DNA of 42,665 bases from a virus. The stretch is from the IMG/VR virus record IMGVR_UViG_3300047441_000014, positions 1 to 42,665 of that record, one strand, 5' to 3'. Positions 1 through 4,987 of the stretch are shown here, piece by piece. Position 1 is the stretch's first letter. The number at the start of each line of letters is the position of its first letter. The translations under genes and the position numbers were made by a program. The notes beneath the pieces were generated by a model. That model saw nothing but the letters and a program-made list of their open reading frames with translations. It was not told where the DNA came from and ran no database searches.

Positions 1-127
1 CCCGACCGCCTTCGTGTTCAACCCGGTCGACAACGAGCGGATCGACCTGCTCAAGAACAACAACCTCGACTTCTACTTCGGCGGCCCCACGTCCAACCCG
101 AGCGCTCCCCTGTGGGGCCTGCCCCGG
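1..127. repeat. Terminal overlap copy 1, identical to 42539..42665
   Basis: Manual base-by-base comparison: all 127 nt are identical. The overlap lies inside the capsid ORF and preserves its frame, so the window closes into a 42,538-bp circle. The length is typical of an assembler k-mer overlap. Confidence 0.97.
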
Positions 128-343
128 GTGGAGTCGGAGGCCATGCCCGAGGGCACCGGCATGGTGGCCGACTGGCGGATGGCCATCCTGTGGGACCGTG
201 AGCAGGCTGCCATCCAGGTGTCCGACTCCCACGCCGACTTCTTCATCCGCAACCTCGTCGCCATCCTCGCGGAGCTGAGGGCAGCGTTTGGCATCCTGCG
301 CCCCAAGGCCTTCGTCGAGATCGACCTGACGGCCGGCTCGTAA
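1..343 (+). CDS. Major capsid protein (HK97 fold), C-terminal part; continuation of 41586..42665 through the circular junction (codon phase starts at nt 2)
   Basis: Frame is open to TAA 341-343. WRMAILWDREQAAIQVSDSHADFFIRNLVAILAELRAAFGI is a typical C-terminal end of HK97-like capsid proteins. nt 14 equals nt 42552, which is in frame with the ATG at 41586. Confidence 0.9.
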   Translation, partial: PTAFVFNPVDNERIDLLKNNNLDFYFGGPTSNPSAPLWGLPRVESEAMPEGTGMVADWRMAILWDREQAAIQVSDSHADFFIRNLVAILAELRAAFGILRPKAFVEIDLTAGS

Positions 344-425
344 GCACTCACACAAGAGAGGCGGGTCCGTTGCCCGCCAACGTTCCGTGGGAACCGGCAC
401 GGTACCGGCGACGCGGCGAGTTCGG

Positions 426-447
426 CCCGGGGGCTTCGGTCCCCGGG
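426..447 (+). terminator. Strong stem-loop after the capsid gene: CCCGGGGGC-UUCG-GUCCCCGGG (9-bp stem incl. one G-U, UUCG tetraloop)
   Basis: Pairing checked by hand (426-434 with 439-447). Flanked by two further hairpins, 360-378 (GGCGGG/CCCGCC) and 461-476 (GUAGGA/UCCUAC). The position after the most highly expressed late gene fits a terminator/attenuator. There is no clear U-tract. Confidence 0.45.
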
Positions 448-487
448 TCGTTCCGCGTCTGTAGGAAAACTCCTACCTTGTGAACCG

Positions 488-1819
488 ATGAACGTCGCCA
501 TCCTCGTTCCCCGCCGCCGCGGCCGCCCCGACCGCGATCGCCTGTGGTCCTTCGCCCGCTCGTGGTGGGCCAACGACTTCCCCGACTGGCCCATCGTCGA
601 GGGCCACCACGAGGCGACGGAGGGCCCGTTCAACCGGGGCCAGGCCCTCAACCGGGCCGTCGCCGCGGCCGGTGATTGGGACGTGGCCGTGCTCATCGAC
701 GCCGACGTGATCATCGGTCCGGACCAGGTCCGCACCGCGGTCGAAGTGGCGTGGTCGACGGCTCGGCCCGTGCTCGCCTACCACGAGCGGATCCACCTGA
801 CCGAGCGCGGCACGAAGCGGATCGTGGACGGCTACCGCGGCGACTGGCGGGCGTCGGGCATGGTCCAGAAGGTGCTCCTCGACGCGTGCTCGGGCGCCGT
901 CGTGGTGAGCCGCCCGCTATGGGATTCGGTCGGCGGCTTCGACGAGTTGTTCTCCGGCTGGGGCTGGGAAGACGTGGCCTTCCGGGTCGCGGCCGAGACG
1001 CTGACCGGCGCCCCGCTGATCCAGTTGGCGGGCAACATCTGGCACCTCCACCACATCGTCAACCACGAGAACAACCCGGCCGAGCCCACGTTCGTGGCCA
1101 ACCGGGCCCGGGGTGAGCGGTACCGGGCGGCCCGGTGGAACGTGTCGGCCGTCACACAACTGCTCGACGAGGCCGGCGCCGCCCGCTCCCCGCTCCCACC
1201 CGCCGACCCTCTTTCGCCCACCCGCATCCCTCGGATCCTGCACCGGACGGTCCCGGCCGAGACGACCGCCGAGGTCGAGCGATGGTGGGCCCGGTTCGGT
1301 GAGTTGCATCCCGGCTGGACCCTGCTCACCCACCGCGACCCGCTCGACCCCGCCGACTGGCCAGAGACGTCGGACCTGTGGCCCTTGTGCACGTCGGGCG
1401 CGCAGAAGGCCGGGCTCATCCGATTGGAGGCCCTCCACCGGTGGGGCGGCGTCTACGTCGACTCCGACGTGCAGCCCTTCCGGCCGTTCGACTCCCTGCT
1501 CCACCTTCCCGCCTTCGCCGCGTGGGAGGACGCCAAGGTGGTCCCCGACGCCGTCCTCGGGTCCATGCCCGGTCATCCTGCCTTCGCCGCCATGTTGGAG
1601 ATGGCGCGGCGCGAGGTGTGCGCACGTCGCGGGGCATGGCATTCCGGGCCCGGCGTGACCACCGCCATCCTGCCCGGCCGCCCCGACGTGCTCCTCCTCC
1701 CGCCGGGCGCGTTCTACCCCGTGCACTACACGGAAAAGGCCGACCTCGACGCGCACGTCCCCGAGCCGTGGGGCTTCGCCATGCACCGGTGGCACGCGTC
1801 ATGGCTACCATCGCGGTAA
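488..1819 (+). CDS. Two-domain glycosyltransferase (N-terminal GT-A/beta-4-GalT-like + C-terminal GT32/Gly_transf_sug-like)
   Basis: 443-aa ATG ORF. N-half motifs: FNRGQALNRA, DAD, GWGWEDVAF. C-half motifs: PRILHRTVP, AQKAGLIRLEALHRWGGVYVDSDV (DXD). Confidence 0.8.
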   Translation: MNVAILVPRRRGRPDRDRLWSFARSWWANDFPDWPIVEGHHEATEGPFNRGQALNRAVAAAGDWDVAVLIDADVIIGPDQVRTAVEVAWSTARPVLAYHERIHLTERGTKRIVDGYRGDWRASGMVQKVLLDACSGAVVVSRPLWDSVGGFDELFSGWGWEDVAFRVAAETLTGAPLIQLAGNIWHLHHIVNHENNPAEPTFVANRARGERYRAARWNVSAVTQLLDEAGAARSPLPPADPLSPTRIPRILHRTVPAETTAEVERWWARFGELHPGWTLLTHRDPLDPADWPETSDLWPLCTSGAQKAGLIRLEALHRWGGVYVDSDVQPFRPFDSLLHLPAFAAWEDAKVVPDAVLGSMPGHPAFAAMLEMARREVCARRGAWHSGPGVTTAILPGRPDVLLLPPGAFYPVHYTEKADLDAHVPEPWGFAMHRWHASWLPSR

Positions 1820-1875
1820 GGCCCGGCCGATGCGTAAACACCGACCGGGCGACGACGCCTGTTAGGAGGCCCCGC

Positions 1876-2373
1876 ATGGACGACGCTACCCCGCTCGACC
1901 TCACCGACATCGAAGCAAGGGTGCAGGATCCCAACCTGACCCCGGGGCCATGGTGGGTATGGTCATCACCGGGCGACCACCGCGGCGGTGGCGTCGTCCT
2001 CCACGACAGGAATGAGTTCGAGTGCCTCGATACCCTGATCTACGACGAGGGTGGTCACACGAGGGCCGACGCCGAGTTCATCGCCCACGCCCGCACCGAC
2101 ATACCCGCCCTGCTGGCCGAGGTCCGCCGGTGCTGGGAGGCGGCGACTGTGACTGCGCCCGACCCCGCGAAGTGGGAGCGTGGCGACTTGGCCGTCGGCA
2201 CGATACGGAGTGGCTCTCCTGTCGTCGGGACGGCACAGGGTGAGCGCATAGCTGTTCGGTGGGGCACCAGCAATCTCGGCCCCATGGGCAAAGGGTGGGA
2301 AATAGTCGAGGGTGACTACTTCGGTTGGATACCCGAGAAGGATTTGGTCGACGTCGTCCGAATCCGAGGGTGA
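1876..2373 (+). CDS. Ead/Ea22-like protein with small beta-rich C-terminal domain
   Basis: ATG 1876 preceded by AGGAGG (1865-1870). TPGPWW ... AEFIAHARTDIPALLAEV is the Ead/Ea22-type signature. Paralogue of 26697..27137. The longer 1378 start in the ORF track is Arg-rich out-of-context sequence. Confidence 0.75.
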   Translation: MDDATPLDLTDIEARVQDPNLTPGPWWVWSSPGDHRGGGVVLHDRNEFECLDTLIYDEGGHTRADAEFIAHARTDIPALLAEVRRCWEAATVTAPDPAKWERGDLAVGTIRSGSPVVGTAQGERIAVRWGTSNLGPMGKGWEIVEGDYFGWIPEKDLVDVVRIRG

Positions 2374-3734
2374 TCGACTTCCTCGCCACCCGCCCCCACT
2401 ACGCCGACCACCTCCGGCCGGTGTGGGCCGCGATCCCGGTCGAGCATCGCGGGGTGCTCAGTGACCAGGCCACGGTCGGCGACGGCCCCCTCGTCGTGGC
2501 CAGCTCGACCGACCTGGCCTGGGCCCTCCGTTGTCGTCGGCCCGTCGTCCTCATGGAGCACGGCGCGGGCCAGTCCTACAGCAACCGCCACTCGTCCTAC
2601 GCCGGTGGTCGCGGTCGCGACGGCGTGGCCATGTTCCTCGTCCCATCCGGGGCCGTGGCTGACCGCAACCGCCAGAAGTACCCGCGCATCCCCAACGTCG
2701 TCGTCGGCTCGCCGCGGGTGGACGCGCTCCTAGGCGTTTCCGGTTTCTCGACCGAACCGGCCGGTGTTAAAACCGGAAACCCCGGCTGCCGGACCGTCGC
2801 CGTCTCCTTCCATTGGCGTTGCACCGTCGCCCCCGAGGCCGGGTCCGCCATCGACGACTTCTTCCCCGAGATGCTGGCGACGGCCTGGCAACTCCGCAGG
2901 GAAGGGGTCGACCTCATCGGCCACGCCCACCCGCGGATCGCCGACGAGGCCGAGGCCATGTTCCGAGCCGCGGGCATCGAGTTCATCCCCACCTTCGACG
3001 AGGTCGTGGCCCGGGCCGACCTCTACGCCGTCGACAACTCGTCCACCCTGTTCGAGTTCGCCGCGCTCGACCGGCCGGTCGTCGTCCTCAATGCCCGCGC
3101 CTACCGCCGCAACGTCCACCACGGCCTCCGTTTCTGGTCCGAGGCCGACGTGGGACTACACGCGGAGCCCGGTGAGCTCGCGGCCACGATCCTCGCCGCG
3201 CTGGCCGACCCACCCGACGTGGCCCGGTCCCGCCGTGCGGCCGTCTCCCGGGTTTACGCTGTCCTCGATGGAACGTCCGCCGCTCGGGCCGCCGACGCGA
3301 TCATGAGCCTCCTCGACTCGCGTGCGATCAACGTCCGCCACGGTCGGCGGGTGTGCCTGATCTGCGGCGTGGCGAATCACACGTGCGGGCCCGCCACCAC
3401 CGTCACGGCCGTGGACCTCCCGACCGACGCCCCGAAGGAGTCAGGCATGCTCAAGCGGTACCCGAACCCCGACAGGCCCGGGGCCTTCGTCAAGCTCACC
3501 GAGTCGACCGCCCGCCGGATGGGCCTGGAACCACCCGTGAGCGCCCCAGGATGGCCCGAGACGGTCCCCGGGGCACCGGAAGGGCCCGACCCCCGGGTAT
3601 CGGCCCAGGACGGCCCGTCTGGCGGGCTCCTGGCCGACGGTGAGAAGGACCAGCCCCCGCCCGAACCCAAGGACGACCCGAAGGACAAGGCCCGCCCCGC
3701 CCCCGCCCGGCGCCGTCGAGCGGTGTCGCCGTAG
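2370..3734 (+). CDS. GT-B fold glycosyl-/glycerophosphotransferase-like enzyme (TagF-like signature) with Cys cluster and Pro/Lys-rich tail
   Basis: GTG 2370 overlaps the upstream stop (GTGA). ADLYAVDNSSTLFEFAALDRPVVVLNA resembles the D-x-SS...E...P motif of TagB/TagF-type and other GT-B enzymes. C-terminal CLICGVANHTC is followed by a low-complexity PPPEPKDDPKDKARPAPARRRR tail. Confidence 0.65.
   Translation: MIDFLATRPHYADHLRPVWAAIPVEHRGVLSDQATVGDGPLVVASSTDLAWALRCRRPVVLMEHGAGQSYSNRHSSYAGGRGRDGVAMFLVPSGAVADRNRQKYPRIPNVVVGSPRVDALLGVSGFSTEPAGVKTGNPGCRTVAVSFHWRCTVAPEAGSAIDDFFPEMLATAWQLRREGVDLIGHAHPRIADEAEAMFRAAGIEFIPTFDEVVARADLYAVDNSSTLFEFAALDRPVVVLNARAYRRNVHHGLRFWSEADVGLHAEPGELAATILAALADPPDVARSRRAAVSRVYAVLDGTSAARAADAIMSLLDSRAINVRHGRRVCLICGVANHTCGPATTVTAVDLPTDAPKESGMLKRYPNPDRPGAFVKLTESTARRMGLEPPVSAPGWPETVPGAPEGPDPRVSAQDGPSGGLLADGEKDQPPPEPKDDPKDKARPAPARRRRAVSP
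2736..2780. repeat. 45-bp imperfect palindrome inside the GT-B gene (11-bp perfect arms GTTTCCGGTTT / AAACCGGAAAC, centre CCGGCCGG)
   Basis: Arms 2736-2746 and 2770-2780 are exact reverse complements. The centre is AACCGG|CCGGT at about 2755-2765. The segment is locally A/T-richer than the flanks. Confidence 0.8.
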
Positions 3735-4339
3735 TGCCTGACCTCCTCGCCACGGTCGACGAGCTGCGGCTGTTCATGGACGACCCGACGCTCGACGAGG
3801 AACGGTCGGCGCTCCTGCTGCGCCTGGCCGGGGGTGAGGTCCGGGCCTACACCGGCAACCTGTTCGACTACGTCGAGGGCGAGGTCCGGATCCTCAACGG
3901 CACCGGGACGACGGTGCTCCTCCTCCCCGAGGTTCCCGTCACCGACGTGACCGCCCTGTTCGAGGCCGCGGGCCGCTCGGACGAGGTCGAGCTGGCCGGC
4001 CCCCTCGACACATCGCCCGTGTGGGAATGGGACGAGGACGGCGTCATCGTCCGCATCGACGGGGGCGTCTTCGCCCGTCGCCGACGGTGGTACTCCGTGA
4101 CCAACGACCACGGCTTCGAGGTCAGTCCCGACGAGGTCAAGGCGGTCGTGCTGCGCATGGCGGCCGGCGTCTTCGACAACCCCGACGGCATCCGGCAGGA
4201 GACGCTCGGCAAGTACAGCTACACCGTCGCCGGCGACTCGGCCGGGCTCGGCCTGACCGCCGCCGACCGGCGCCTGCTCGACCCCTACTTCATCTCGTCC
4301 CGGATGCGTGGCGGGACCGCGGTGGGCTCCGGATCGTGA
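3734..4339 (+). CDS. Head-tail adaptor (gp6-like head-tail connector family)
   Basis: GTG 3734 overlaps the upstream TAG. The N-terminus ATVDELRLFMDDPTLDEERSALLLRLAGGEVRAYTGN matches the gp6-like connector pattern. It is placed downstream of the capsid module. Confidence 0.7.
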   Translation: MPDLLATVDELRLFMDDPTLDEERSALLLRLAGGEVRAYTGNLFDYVEGEVRILNGTGTTVLLLPEVPVTDVTALFEAAGRSDEVELAGPLDTSPVWEWDEDGVIVRIDGGVFARRRRWYSVTNDHGFEVSPDEVKAVVLRMAAGVFDNPDGIRQETLGKYSYTVAGDSAGLGLTAADRRLLDPYFISSRMRGGTAVGSGS

Positions 4340-4689
4340 GCTTCCGTCGGCTCCTCGAGCGAACCATCACGATCGTGCCCCGCCTCGTCACCGGCCAGGA
4401 CGCCCGCAACAACGACCTCGTCACCGACGGCACGCCGATCGGCCCCCTCCCCGCCGCCCGCGACCAGTTGGAGGCGTCCGAGAGCGTCGACACCGAGGAC
4501 GCTCAGACCCGGGTGTTCGTCTACATGCTCCCCTGCGTCTTCGGTGGCCAGTCCCTCGTGATCAGCGGCCACGACCGGATCATCGACAACGGCGAGCCGT
4601 TCGAGGTCCGGGGTACGCCCGAGGTGATCAGGCGCCGGCGCGGCGGTCGACCTCACCACATCGAGGCGATCGCCTACCGCCAGGACTGA
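4336..4689 (+). CDS. Head closure / head-tail joining protein
   Basis: GTG 4336 in a GTGA overlap. 117 aa. The RTITIV...TRVFVYMLP...ISGHDRIIDNGEPFEVRG pattern resembles Phage_H_T_join/stopper proteins. Synteny is directly after the adaptor. Confidence 0.6.
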   Translation: MSFRRLLERTITIVPRLVTGQDARNNDLVTDGTPIGPLPAARDQLEASESVDTEDAQTRVFVYMLPCVFGGQSLVISGHDRIIDNGEPFEVRGTPEVIRRRRGGRPHHIEAIAYRQD

Positions 4690-4707
4690 CGGGCGTAGCA
4701 TTCCGGC

Positions 4708-4983
4708 ATGACGATTCGCCACGGAACGACGGCGGCTGCCACCCTCGCCTCGGTCGACCTGCCCGCCGACTACGGCTCCGTCGCCGTGCTCCACTACTCG
4801 GGGACGACCGACCTGCTCGTACGGGTCGACGGCGGCGTGCCCGCCCTCACTGGCGACGGGTCCAACGTGACCCGCGTGGTCCCGCCCGGGTCGCGCCGAA
4901 TCATCGACCGGTCCAACCTCGACGGCCCGACCCAAGTCCGGCTCCTCTCCACCGGCGTCGTCGGCTTCGAGATCGAGGTCTGA
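4708..4983 (+). CDS. Hypothetical small beta-rich protein
   Basis: 91-aa ATG ORF in coding-like composition, immediately upstream of the large fibre gene. No recognisable motif. Confidence 0.55.
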   Translation: MTIRHGTTAAATLASVDLPADYGSVAVLHYSGTTDLLVRVDGGVPALTGDGSNVTRVVPPGSRRIIDRSNLDGPTQVRLLSTGVVGFEIEV

Positions 4984-4987
4984 GCGG

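Noticed and set aside
1-127. Interpreting the 127-bp end repeat as a genuine direct terminal repeat of the virion DNA
   Set aside because: It cuts through the middle of the capsid gene, has exactly the size of a common assembler k-mer, and an HNH/terminase (cos-type) packaging module is present elsewhere. An assembly closure artefact is far more likely, though only read data can prove it.
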